Below are positions 27,915-36,024 of a stretch of 64,000 bases of DNA, piece after piece. The stretch is from contig CAYZZW010000006.1 of NCBI GenBank assembly GCA_964482955.1, positions 2,585 to 66,584 of the forward strand, in the 5' to 3' direction. Position 1 is the stretch's first letter. Each line of letters begins with the position of its first letter. A program made the translations under genes and the position numbers. This DNA is from an uncultured Treponemataceae bacterium (GTDB lineage: Bacteria; Spirochaetota; Spirochaetia; Treponematales; UBA12059). The notes below the pieces were generated by a model. The model was not told where the DNA came from. It searched no databases and saw nothing but the letters and a program-made list of their open reading frames with translations.

Positions 27915-29282
27915 TCATTTCCCCACGCAGAACTTCGAGAATATTGTCTCGAGGACGTCGTCCCCGACGCCGAGCCCGAGCACGGCGTCGAGCGACTCGA
28001 GTGCGTCGCGCAGGTCGAGCGCGACGGCGTCGAGCGGCAGGCCGGAACCGAGCGCGGCTTCCGAGTCGCCCAGGGCGCGCGATGCCGCGTCCGCGAGCCG
28101 TTTATGGCGCTCGCTCGCGATGCGCGTCCCGCCGGCCCGTTCCGCGCCGCCCGCGCCCAGGGCGTCCAACATCGCGCGGTGAAGGTCGTCGAAACCGGCG
28201 CCCGTGCGGGAGGACACGCCGATCCAGCCGGCTGGCGGCAGGGCGGTTCCGACCAGGTCGGTCTTCGTCCACGCGCGGACGAGCGGCGTCCCGTCGGGCA
28301 CGGCGGCGTCGCGCAACGCGTCTTCCGCGGACGCGGCTCCTTCGCTTCCGTCGGCCAGGAACAGCACGAGATCGGCGCCCTCGAGGACGGCGCGGGATCG
28401 TCGCACGCCCTCCGCCTCCACGGGATCGGCCGAATCGCGTATGCCCGCGGTATCGAAGAGCCGGATCGGAATGCCGCCCAGGTCGAAGACGGCTTCGATG
28501 TAGTCGCGCGTCGTGCCGTGGATGTCGGAAACGATGGAACGCTCTTCGCGCAGGATGCGGTTGAAGAGGCTCGACTTGCCGGCGTTGGTCCTGCCCGCCA
28601 CGGCGACGACGGCGCCCTCTTCGACGAGCCGCCCGATCTTCCAGCTCGCCGAAATCGCCTCGAGGCGCGCGCGGAGCGCTCCGAGCGCGGCGGTTTCGTC
28701 GCCCAAGTCGCCGTCGATCTCGTCCTCGCCGTAATCGAGGCGGACTTCCACCGCGGCCAGGACGCCGAGCGCGGCGTCGCGGATTTCCGCGATTTCCGCC
28801 GAGAGACTGCCGGACAAGCGCGACAAGGCTTCGGCGCGCGCCTCGGAGCTCTTCGCGCGCGCCAGTTCGCCGACCGCCTCCGCGCGCGCGAGGTCCATCT
28901 TGCCGTTGGCGAAGGCGCGGAAGCTGAACTCGCCGGGAAGGGCCGCGCGCGCGCCGGCCGACTCGCAGGCGGAGAGGACGGCGTCGACGCAGGGAGCCGC
29001 GCCGTGGCAGACGATCTCCGCGGCCTCCTCTCCCGTGAAGCTTTTCGGCGCGCGGTAGACGGACACGGTCACTTCGTCCGCGGGCGCTCCGGACGCGTCC
29101 AGCACGAAGCCGTGCGTCACCGTATGTCCAGTCGCCCGCGCGAGCGCCTCCGGCCTGGAAAAGCGCGACGCGAGCGCCTCGATACAGCCGGGCCCCGACA
29201 GCCTGACCATCGCGAGCGCTCCGCCCGGCGGCGTGGCCGCCGCGACGATGATGTCTTCGGACTGGAAATACGCGCGTCCCAT
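27915..29282 (-). CDS. mnmE: tRNA modification GTPase MnmE (TrmE)
   Basis: 455 aa from MGRAYFQSEDIIVAAATPPG. G-domain GRTNAGKSSLFN, DTAG. C-terminal CVGK. Confidence 0.93.
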   Translation of the reverse strand: MGRAYFQSEDIIVAAATPPGGALAMVRLSGPGCIEALASRFSRPEALARATGHTVTHGFVLDASGAPADEVTVSVYRAPKSFTGEEAAEIVCHGAAPCVDAVLSACESAGARAALPGEFSFRAFANGKMDLARAEAVGELARAKSSEARAEALSRLSGSLSAEIAEIRDAALGVLAAVEVRLDYGEDEIDGDLGDETAALGALRARLEAISASWKIGRLVEEGAVVAVAGRTNAGKSSLFNRILREERSIVSDIHGTTRDYIEAVFDLGGIPIRLFDTAGIRDSADPVEAEGVRRSRAVLEGADLVLFLADGSEGAASAEDALRDAAVPDGTPLVRAWTKTDLVGTALPPAGWIGVSSRTGAGFDDLHRAMLDALGAGGAERAGGTRIASERHKRLADAASRALGDSEAALGSGLPLDAVALDLRDALESLDAVLGLGVGDDVLETIFSKFCVGK

Positions 29283-29294
29283 GCCGCGACGATA
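29283..29294 (-). promoter_or_regulatory. -10-like TATCGT 6 nt before the mnmE ATG (leaderless-type)
   Basis: Minus-strand TATCGT-cgcggc-ATG. Confidence 0.4.
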
Positions 29295-29348
29295 CCGTCC
29301 CGAAGCCGACCGGGGCAAGGCCGGCGCGCATCCGGCCCGGACGATCAC

Positions 29349-29376
29349 TTGACTTTGCACCCGCCGTTCTTATGAT
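29349..29376 (+). promoter_or_regulatory. sigma70-like promoter of the OMP gene (long leader)
   Basis: TTGACT (29349-54), 16 nt, TATGAT (29371-76). About 105-nt leader to ATG 29489 with AGAGGAGGA SD. Confidence 0.6.
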
Positions 29377-29488
29377 GGAAATGTCGGCTGGAACGGAAGA
29401 AATCCGCGTTTTCCGCCGGGGAAGCGCGCTATCGTCATGCTTGCGTCGGCCGATTTCCGGTCAGCACGCTCCGATCAGAGGAGGAACC

Positions 29489-30841
29489 ATGAAACGCATC
29501 GTCGCGCTGTCGTGCGCCATCGCCGCGGCCGTCGCGCTCTCGGCGACCGCGCAGCCCAAGGTCAGCGAAAAGCAGGAAGTCGCCATCTTCGCGCTCGGCT
29601 ACGCCGGCTTCAACATCCCCTACGAAGCGCTCGCCACCATCGACATGAAGATCCAGAAGGTCTTCGTCGACATGGGCCGCTTCACGGTCATCGGCATGAC
29701 CCAGCGCTTCGCGTCGGCGGACATCAACCAGTTCATCGACGCGCTCCGCAAGGCCAAGGAGGCGAACTTCGTCCTCCCCGAACAATACCAGTTCGGCGAA
29801 GCGGTCCTGACCGAGGCCGAATTCAACCGCCTCACCGGCGCCTTCGTCATCGCCGTGCCGGTGGTGACGAGCTTCGCGAGCGCGTACGATTCGAAATCAT
29901 TCAGCTACGTGACCGAAGTCACGACCGCCGTCAGCTTCATCGACGCGGCGAACGGCACGCTGTCCGGCATCGCCGAAGTGAAGACTTCGGGCTCCGACAA
30001 GCAGGACCAGAACCAGTCCGTCATGGCGGCCATCGACGCCATCCCCGGGAACCTGGAGTACGAAATCCGCACCATCCCGCAGTTCCAGATCAAGACCCGC
30101 GTCCTGACCGCCAAGGGCGGCGAGCTCACGACCCAGCTCGGCGAGAACATGGGCATCAAGAAGGGCGACGAGTACGCGATCATCGCGACCGGCACCGTGG
30201 AAGGGTTCAGCAACGACCGCGAAGTCGGCCTCGTCGTCATCAAGGACGTCGGCTCCGAGGTGTCGACCGCCCAGATCATCTACAGCGACATCGCGCCCGG
30301 CAAGGACACCGGTCTCCGCGAGATCCCGCGCCGCGGCGTCGACTTCGAGCCGTTCTTCCACGGCCTCACGGGCGAACGGCTCGACGTGCCGCTCGACCCG
30401 AAGGGCGAAGGCGACCTGACCCTGCTCGCGGGCTTCCGCGCCATCGTCTCGCGCGGCTTCTACGGCTTCCGCCCGTACTTCGCCGCGGAAGTGCCCCTCA
30501 ACGGCATCCGACAGTACTTCACGGCGTTCATGGTGCCGATCAACGTGCTCATCGGCGGCGAGTACCGCATGAACGTGGGCCGCCTCTCGATCACGCCCTA
30601 CGCCGCCGCGGGCGCCAGCTACATCTACGTCACCGAAGTCCTCTCGGGCATGTCGGGCGATACGAGCGACACCTACCTCTTCCACTTCGGCGGGCACGCG
30701 TACCTGAACGTCGCGTACCTCTTCACCCGGGACATGCGCGTCTTCGCCGAGATCGGGGCCGAGTACTGGATCAGCACGTCGGGCCTGTTCACCAACTACG
30801 GCGGCTACGGCGTCGGCGGCGGCGTTTCCTTCAAACTGTAG
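29489..30841 (+). CDS. outer-membrane protein: signal peptide, periplasmic FlgO/CsgG/LpoB-like N-domain, beta-rich middle domain, C-terminal ~8-strand beta-barrel
   Basis: 450 aa. MKRIVALSCAIAAAVALSATAQP signal. EVAIFALGYAGF...GRFTVIGMTQ...GAFVIAVPVVTSF pattern. C-terminal alternating Gly/aromatic strands ending GGGVSFKL. Confidence 0.65.
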   Translation: MKRIVALSCAIAAAVALSATAQPKVSEKQEVAIFALGYAGFNIPYEALATIDMKIQKVFVDMGRFTVIGMTQRFASADINQFIDALRKAKEANFVLPEQYQFGEAVLTEAEFNRLTGAFVIAVPVVTSFASAYDSKSFSYVTEVTTAVSFIDAANGTLSGIAEVKTSGSDKQDQNQSVMAAIDAIPGNLEYEIRTIPQFQIKTRVLTAKGGELTTQLGENMGIKKGDEYAIIATGTVEGFSNDREVGLVVIKDVGSEVSTAQIIYSDIAPGKDTGLREIPRRGVDFEPFFHGLTGERLDVPLDPKGEGDLTLLAGFRAIVSRGFYGFRPYFAAEVPLNGIRQYFTAFMVPINVLIGGEYRMNVGRLSITPYAAAGASYIYVTEVLSGMSGDTSDTYLFHFGGHAYLNVAYLFTRDMRVFAEIGAEYWISTSGLFTNYGGYGVGGGVSFKL

Positions 30842-30862
30842 ACCGGCCACGAGGAGACCGTC

Positions 30863-31336
30863 ATGTCAGACCAGAAAAGCGATATCGACCTAACCGGCAT
30901 GGACGCCGAAACGGCGCGCGAGTACGTGCTCGGCTTCGCCACCACGCTCAAGCAGCTCGAACGCGAGATCGGGAGCCTCGGCGACGAGGCCAAGCTGTGG
31001 CGCGACCGCGTCGCGCTGGCCGCGAACAAGGGCATGGCCGAACTCAAGGCGGGCGCCGAGGCCAAGTTCGCCGAGATCACCGGCAAGCTGTCCGGTCTCG
31101 CCGGGCAGCGCGAAGAACTCGCCTCCAAAGTCGCGGCGATGAAGGCGAAGCTCCCGACGATCAAGGATCTCGAACTGAGCGTCGACACCGACCAGCTGCT
31201 CGCCGAGCTGCAGCTGGCCACCGGCGAACTGCTGAATCCCGGCGCCGCCGCCATGGAAAGCGAGATGAAAAAGCTGGAAGCGGACGCCGCGGCCAAGGCC
31301 GAACTCGACAAGCTCAAGGGCGCGCCCGGCGCATGA
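30863..31336 (+). CDS. coiled-coil protein of unknown function
   Basis: 157 aa, GAGGAG SD, Ala/Lys/Glu/Leu heptad-rich, no signal peptide. Stop overlaps the next start (ATGA). Confidence 0.7.
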   Translation: MSDQKSDIDLTGMDAETAREYVLGFATTLKQLEREIGSLGDEAKLWRDRVALAANKGMAELKAGAEAKFAEITGKLSGLAGQREELASKVAAMKAKLPTIKDLELSVDTDQLLAELQLATGELLNPGAAAMESEMKKLEADAAAKAELDKLKGAPGA

Positions 31337-32097
31337 GCCCGCGACGTCCCCTGTTCCCCGACCTGCCGCGGCCGATCCTGTTCGCCCACCGCGGCGTCTC
31401 CGCGCGCGCGCCCGAGAACACCCGCGCCGCCTTCGAGCTCGCCAGGCTCGAGGGCGTTCCCGCGGTCGAACTCGACATCCACCTCTGCGCGTCGGGCGAA
31501 CTCGTCGTCACCCACGACCGTTCGACGAAACGCGTCTCGGGCGCCGATCACGACATCCAAACGACGCCGTGGGATATTTTGCGCGAACTCGACGTCGGCT
31601 CGTGGAAAGGCGACGCGTTCCGCGGCGAACGCATCCCGCTCCTGGGCGACCTCTTCGAGGAGTACCGCGACGCTCTCCGGTTCGACATCGAGATCAAGAG
31701 CGATTCGGTGACCGACGCCGGCCTCGAGCGCGCGCTCGCCGACCTGGTCGCTTCCATGGGGATGACGGATCGCGTCGCCGTGAGCTCGTTCAATCCCTTC
31801 GCGCTCCGCCGCTTCAAGGCCCTCGCCCCCGCCATCCCGACGGCCCTCATCTATTGCGATCATGACGAACAAGTACCCTGGTTCCTCCGCCGCGGCCAGG
31901 GTCGCCTCGTCGCCGCCTGCGACTACATGAAACCATCAAAGCTCCTCACCGGCCGCGCCACGGCCCTCGCCCGCGCGCTCGGCGGCCGCCCCTTCGTGCC
32001 GTGGGTCGTCGACGACCGACAGGAAGCGCTCCGCCTCATCGCCCTCGGCTGCGATGGTCTCGTCTCGAACGACCCGGCCGCCCTTGGCAAATTCTGA
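31333..32097 (+). CDS. glycerophosphodiester phosphodiesterase family protein (cytoplasmic, UgpQ-like)
   Basis: 254 aa. FAHRGVSARAPENT and ELDIHLCASGELVVTHD motifs. Confidence 0.88.
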   Translation: MSPRRPLFPDLPRPILFAHRGVSARAPENTRAAFELARLEGVPAVELDIHLCASGELVVTHDRSTKRVSGADHDIQTTPWDILRELDVGSWKGDAFRGERIPLLGDLFEEYRDALRFDIEIKSDSVTDAGLERALADLVASMGMTDRVAVSSFNPFALRRFKALAPAIPTALIYCDHDEQVPWFLRRGQGRLVAACDYMKPSKLLTGRATALARALGGRPFVPWVVDDRQEALRLIALGCDGLVSNDPAALGKF

Positions 32098-32222
32098 AAA
32101 TTTTTTGCCATACAGACAGCAAAGCGCGCGCTCGTCGAATCAACGCGACGGCACTCGCTCACGTGGATCTTGATTTCAATCGAACAGGACGACGCCCGAC
32201 GTATTCAACACATGTCGTACAT

Positions 32223-32252
32223 AAAAAAAGGAGGAGGCCGAAGCCTCCTCCT
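32223..32252 (-). terminator. rho-independent terminator of the 32318..33793 lipoprotein gene
   Basis: Stem aggaggaggc / gcctcctcct with loop cgaa. On the minus strand it is followed by a T7 run (A run 32223-32229 on plus). Confidence 0.85.
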
Positions 32253-32317
32253 GTCACTATTTTCCTAACTAACCTTGCTTGATTCTCTCTTTCACTGAGT
32301 CCTTATGGCCGATCCCC

Positions 32318-33793
32318 TCAAGGAAGGTTGGCGATGAGTTCGCGGGCGAGGGTGTCGCGGCCGGCGCTCACGAGGACGTTCCGCACGGCGGCCGCTTCGT
32401 CCGTGCCCGTGGCGCTGACCGGCTTTTCCGCGAAGTAGAGCGGCGCGCCGGTTTCGAGATCGAGGACGCGGATCGTCGCCTTGCCCTCGGCGATCCACAT
32501 CGCGCCGTCCTTGCGCGCCGTTTCCACCCGGACCACGCCGTACACGAGCCGAGTCGCCTTGCCGGCGAGCGCACCCTTCGCGGCGGCCAGCACCGCCTGG
32601 TCGTCGAGCGACGCGACGAGGGCTCCGTCGAGCGACGCCATTACGATCTTGAATTTTTCCTTGACGAGGGTTTCGACGAGACCGCCCTGCGCGGCGGTGC
32701 CGACGCGGGCCCCGCCCTTGTCCAGGTCGACGATGGCTACGGCGGTCGGCACGGTGTTCGCCACCGAGCCGACGACGTAGTCGAAGGTCACGATGCGGCC
32801 TTTCAGCTCGGTTTCCAGGGCGTCCCGATAGGCGGCGTACTGGGGCGGGAAGCGATCGAGGAGATCGAGCGACGAATCGAGGTTGACGCGCATCGTGAGC
32901 TTCATCTTGCCCGTGGCGTCCGGCGCGGGCGGCGTGAACTTCACGAAACCGTCCGAATCGCTCATCGCGCGCTCCGTCTTCGTGCCGACGCGCGGCCCCT
33001 GTTTCCTCGGATACTGCACTGCGAACTCGACCCCCGGCACGCCGGGAGCGTCGTCGGATTCGCCGTACACGAGCTTTGCGACGAAGGGCGCGCGATAGTC
33101 CTGCCCGAGCTGCGGAATGGCCGGATTCGGCGACTTCACGAGCCTGAGCCTCTGGATGACGCGACGCGCGTTGTTCACGTTGCGCTCCATCTTGATCGAG
33201 GCGTTGTCGATGTCGGACCCCGACGCGGCGACGGCGGCTTCGATGTAGAAGCGGATGGCGTCGAACTGCCGGCCGGATTCCTCGGCCTTGGCGCCTTGAC
33301 CTTCGGGTATGGCTACCGCGTCGACCCGTTCCTTGAACAGGGCTTCTATGCGCGCCTTTTCCTTCCCCAGCTCCTTGGAGTCGTAGGCGGCGAGGATGTA
33401 GACCATGACCGCGCCCGTCTTCTTGTCCTTGACTTCGCGGCGTTCCTTGACGACGAAACCGACGACCCGGTTCGTCGACTGCGTCGTGACCGTGCTCACG
33501 ATGTCGGTCTGGTAGGAATCGAGGGAGGCCTTCGCCTTGGCGGTGGTGTCCGCGGTCACCTTGACGCCGAGGTAGATCATGATGTTCGAGAGGAGCTTGG
33601 CCGTGGCGTCGTTCAACGCTTCTGCCGAATCGCCCTTCGCGCTCGACCCGGCGCCGACGAAATAGTGGTTCACGCCGTCGGGCGCGGGCGTCTTGTCGAT
33701 CCAATCGGGTTTCGCCTGGGCGGACGGTTGCGTGGCGCACGACACGGCCAGCAGCGCGGCCAGCAGGGCGGATAAAGGCTTCAGTGGTTTCAT
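32318..33793 (-). CDS. multidomain lipoprotein: LPP20-like N-domain, Ig/CarboxypepD_reg-like middle, CsgG/LpoB-like C-domain
   Basis: 491 aa. MKPLKPLSALLAALLAVSC lipobox. KPDWIDKTP...YFVGAGSS LPP20-like start. VEFAVQYP...DSDGFVKFTPPAP. TAVAIVDLD... Confidence 0.7.
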   Translation of the reverse strand: MKPLKPLSALLAALLAVSCATQPSAQAKPDWIDKTPAPDGVNHYFVGAGSSAKGDSAEALNDATAKLLSNIMIYLGVKVTADTTAKAKASLDSYQTDIVSTVTTQSTNRVVGFVVKERREVKDKKTGAVMVYILAAYDSKELGKEKARIEALFKERVDAVAIPEGQGAKAEESGRQFDAIRFYIEAAVAASGSDIDNASIKMERNVNNARRVIQRLRLVKSPNPAIPQLGQDYRAPFVAKLVYGESDDAPGVPGVEFAVQYPRKQGPRVGTKTERAMSDSDGFVKFTPPAPDATGKMKLTMRVNLDSSLDLLDRFPPQYAAYRDALETELKGRIVTFDYVVGSVANTVPTAVAIVDLDKGGARVGTAAQGGLVETLVKEKFKIVMASLDGALVASLDDQAVLAAAKGALAGKATRLVYGVVRVETARKDGAMWIAEGKATIRVLDLETGAPLYFAEKPVSATGTDEAAAVRNVLVSAGRDTLARELIANLP

Positions 33794-33924
33794 GATTGCT
33801 CCATGGCGCTCCGAACGCATGAGGGCCATCGGAGCTCGTAGTGATTCGACGCGAAGCGTCGCGCCGAAACGGTCCGGACGGCCCTCGCTTCCGAGAAGGC
33901 CGTCCGCGCCGCTTCCACGAAGAA

Positions 33925-33952
33925 ACGGCGTTCCCGTCTCCGGGAACGCCGT
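33925..33952 (-). terminator. hairpin terminator after the 33975..34649 gene
   Basis: acggcgttcccg / cgggaacgccgt 12-bp stem, loop tctc, 23 nt past the stop. T-poor tail. Confidence 0.55.
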
Positions 33953-33974
33953 CCTTTCCTGTAACTACGCCGGA

Positions 33975-34649
33975 TCAGAACCCGTCGTAGAAGGACTGCT
34001 GAACAGCGTCCATGGCGCGCTGCTTGGCTTCGGTCTTGGGCTCCTCGGCCTCGGCGGCGTTGAGCATGTTGTTGAGCTGCTTCTGGAGCGCGTCCTTGCC
34101 GATGGTCCAGAGCTGGATCACGCGGTATTCGCGCTTGTCGGGCTTGCCCTCGGTGGTGAAGGTCTGGACGTAGACCCACCAGCCGTCTTCCTGGAAGAAG
34201 CCGGAGAACGTGGCTTCGGCGACGCTCTTCACGACGCGTTCCATGTAGGACTCGATCTTGTCCTTGTCGCCGACCTGGGCGCCGGCGAAGGCGTCCTTCA
34301 CGCGGGTGCTGATGAGCGCCGCGATGCGGGTCTGGGCGTTCAGGCGGGACGCGGCGAGCTCGGTGCCCGCGAGGTCCTGGCCCTGTTCCTCGACGATGAT
34401 GACGAACTTGCCCTGGTAGTCGGGAAGCTTCTCGACTTCCTTGTAACCCTTGAGCGCGCTCATGACCCAGTTCGGGGCGGCGGTGCCCCAGACGGTGCCC
34501 TTGTGCTCGAGGACCTTGGGCGGGTACGTCTTGACGTCCTCGGACACGGCGCCCGGCTGCGGGCTGTCACCCGTCTTCTTGCCGCCGGCGCAACCGACCA
34601 GGGCGAAGACGACGAGAAGAGCGGTCAGGATGGTGAAAAACTTCTTCAC
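33975..34649 (-). CDS. LPP20-like lipoprotein
   Basis: 224 aa. LLVVFALVGC lipobox. APNWVMSAL...LAASRLNAQTRIAALISTRV...YRVIQLWTI parallels the N-domain of the neighbouring 491-aa lipoprotein. Confidence 0.75.
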   Translation of the reverse strand: MKKFFTILTALLVVFALVGCAGGKKTGDSPQPGAVSEDVKTYPPKVLEHKGTVWGTAAPNWVMSALKGYKEVEKLPDYQGKFVIIVEEQGQDLAGTELAASRLNAQTRIAALISTRVKDAFAGAQVGDKDKIESYMERVVKSVAEATFSGFFQEDGWWVYVQTFTTEGKPDKREYRVIQLWTIGKDALQKQLNNMLNAAEAEEPKTEAKQRAMDAVQQSFYDGF

Positions 34650-34747
34650 GATTTCCTCCTTACTTCACTGAACCTCGGGCTACGCCCGATTTCTTTTAAA
34701 CCCGGCGCGCACCGAATGGTTACGCCGGGGAGTTCCCGTTAGCGACT

Positions 34748-35845
34748 TCACATGCCCGTGTGGAACGTGAAGGATTTGCCCCGCTGGTACACGAGGTAGA
34801 TATCGGGGAAGCCTCCGCGCTCCCCGGCGTCGTAAATCGCGTCCTCGACGAAGGTTTTCGTCTGGAACGTGTACACGTACATTTTCGTCTCGTTCGGCGA
34901 GTAGGACGACTGCTCGACGAGGCGCACCTTCTTCTGCAGCTGGCGCCGGAAGGTGCTGACCGCCCGCGCGTCCGCCGTGTTCTGAAGGATCAGCTCGTAG
35001 CGGATGCCGTTCGAGAGCGAGTTGCGGATGAGGCTCTTCGTCTGCTCCGTCAGCTTCGGCATGACCATGAAGACGCCGCCGGCGACCGCGTTCTGCGTGG
35101 CCGCCTCCTGCGAGACCGTGCTGTACGCCTGCGGGCTCTGGTAGGCCACGGTGCTCAGGAGCTGGGCGGTCGAAGGGTCGAAGATCTTGAGCGATCCCTT
35201 GGCGGTGGCGTAGAACTTGCCCCCGTCGGCCTTTTCGTCGACATTGAGGGATATTTCCACGTACACGTCCGCGTTGAACTTCTGGGCCAGGTACTGGACG
35301 ATGTCGATGGAACCGCCCGTCTCGTTCTGGTAGGCGATCGCCTGGTCCTTCTTGTTCTTTTCGATCTGGTCGAAATCCACCACGGTCATGCCGAGGCGCT
35401 CGATCAGGTAGCGGTTGGCCGACGACACGGCGGTCTTGGCCACCGGCTTGGCGACTCCGGCTTCGTCGTCGTAATAGACCATGTACTGGAGGCTGTTGAG
35501 ATAGCGCTCGAGGAACGCCTGCTCGTCGGGCGTCATCTGGCCGGGAGCCGGAGGCGGCACGTCGGTGGAAGCGGGCGCGGCGGCCGTGGTCGGAGGGGTG
35601 CCGCCCGCGGGAGGAGTCGTGCCTGCGGGCGCGGTCGAAGACCCGGCGGAACCGGACGGATTGCCGGTAATCAGTTCCTTCGCGCGATCCTTGTCTGGGT
35701 TCGACTCGGCGGTACCCAAGGAGGTCCCGGCGGTCTGGCCGCTCGCGGGCTGTTCGGGCTGTTTTTTCGGCGCTTTCGGAGCGCCGGCGCACGAGAGGAA
35801 CACGAGGGCACTCAAGGCGATGGCCGCCGTCACTTTCAAGGTCAT
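34748..35845 (-). CDS. lipoprotein with ~100-aa Pro/Thr/Gly/Ala linker and globular C-domain of unknown function
   Basis: 365 aa. ALVFLSC lipobox. AAGGAG SD and TATACT upstream. Confidence 0.75.
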   Translation of the reverse strand: MTLKVTAAIALSALVFLSCAGAPKAPKKQPEQPASGQTAGTSLGTAESNPDKDRAKELITGNPSGSAGSSTAPAGTTPPAGGTPPTTAAAPASTDVPPPAPGQMTPDEQAFLERYLNSLQYMVYYDDEAGVAKPVAKTAVSSANRYLIERLGMTVVDFDQIEKNKKDQAIAYQNETGGSIDIVQYLAQKFNADVYVEISLNVDEKADGGKFYATAKGSLKIFDPSTAQLLSTVAYQSPQAYSTVSQEAATQNAVAGGVFMVMPKLTEQTKSLIRNSLSNGIRYELILQNTADARAVSTFRRQLQKKVRLVEQSSYSPNETKMYVYTFQTKTFVEDAIYDAGERGGFPDIYLVYQRGKSFTFHTGM

Positions 35846-36024
35846 CCGTCAACTCCTTACGGCACTGATGAGTATAACGCGCGAATCGGCGCTTTCCAGA
35901 ACTACGGCCGCGTTCGCGGCTTTTTCTTCGATGCGGGCAGGCCGAACTATAGCGGTTCCCCCGGATAAATGAAAGGGCGACGGGGTTGTCGGGGGCTGAC
36001 GCGCTCCGTGGCGGACACGCGGCG

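Noticed and set aside
26015-29375. 849-aa and 584-aa ORFs antisense to mnmG and mnmE, plus alternative minus frames 26058..27785 and 28102..29331
   Set aside because: Same artefact. The mnmG and mnmE frames are conserved end to end.
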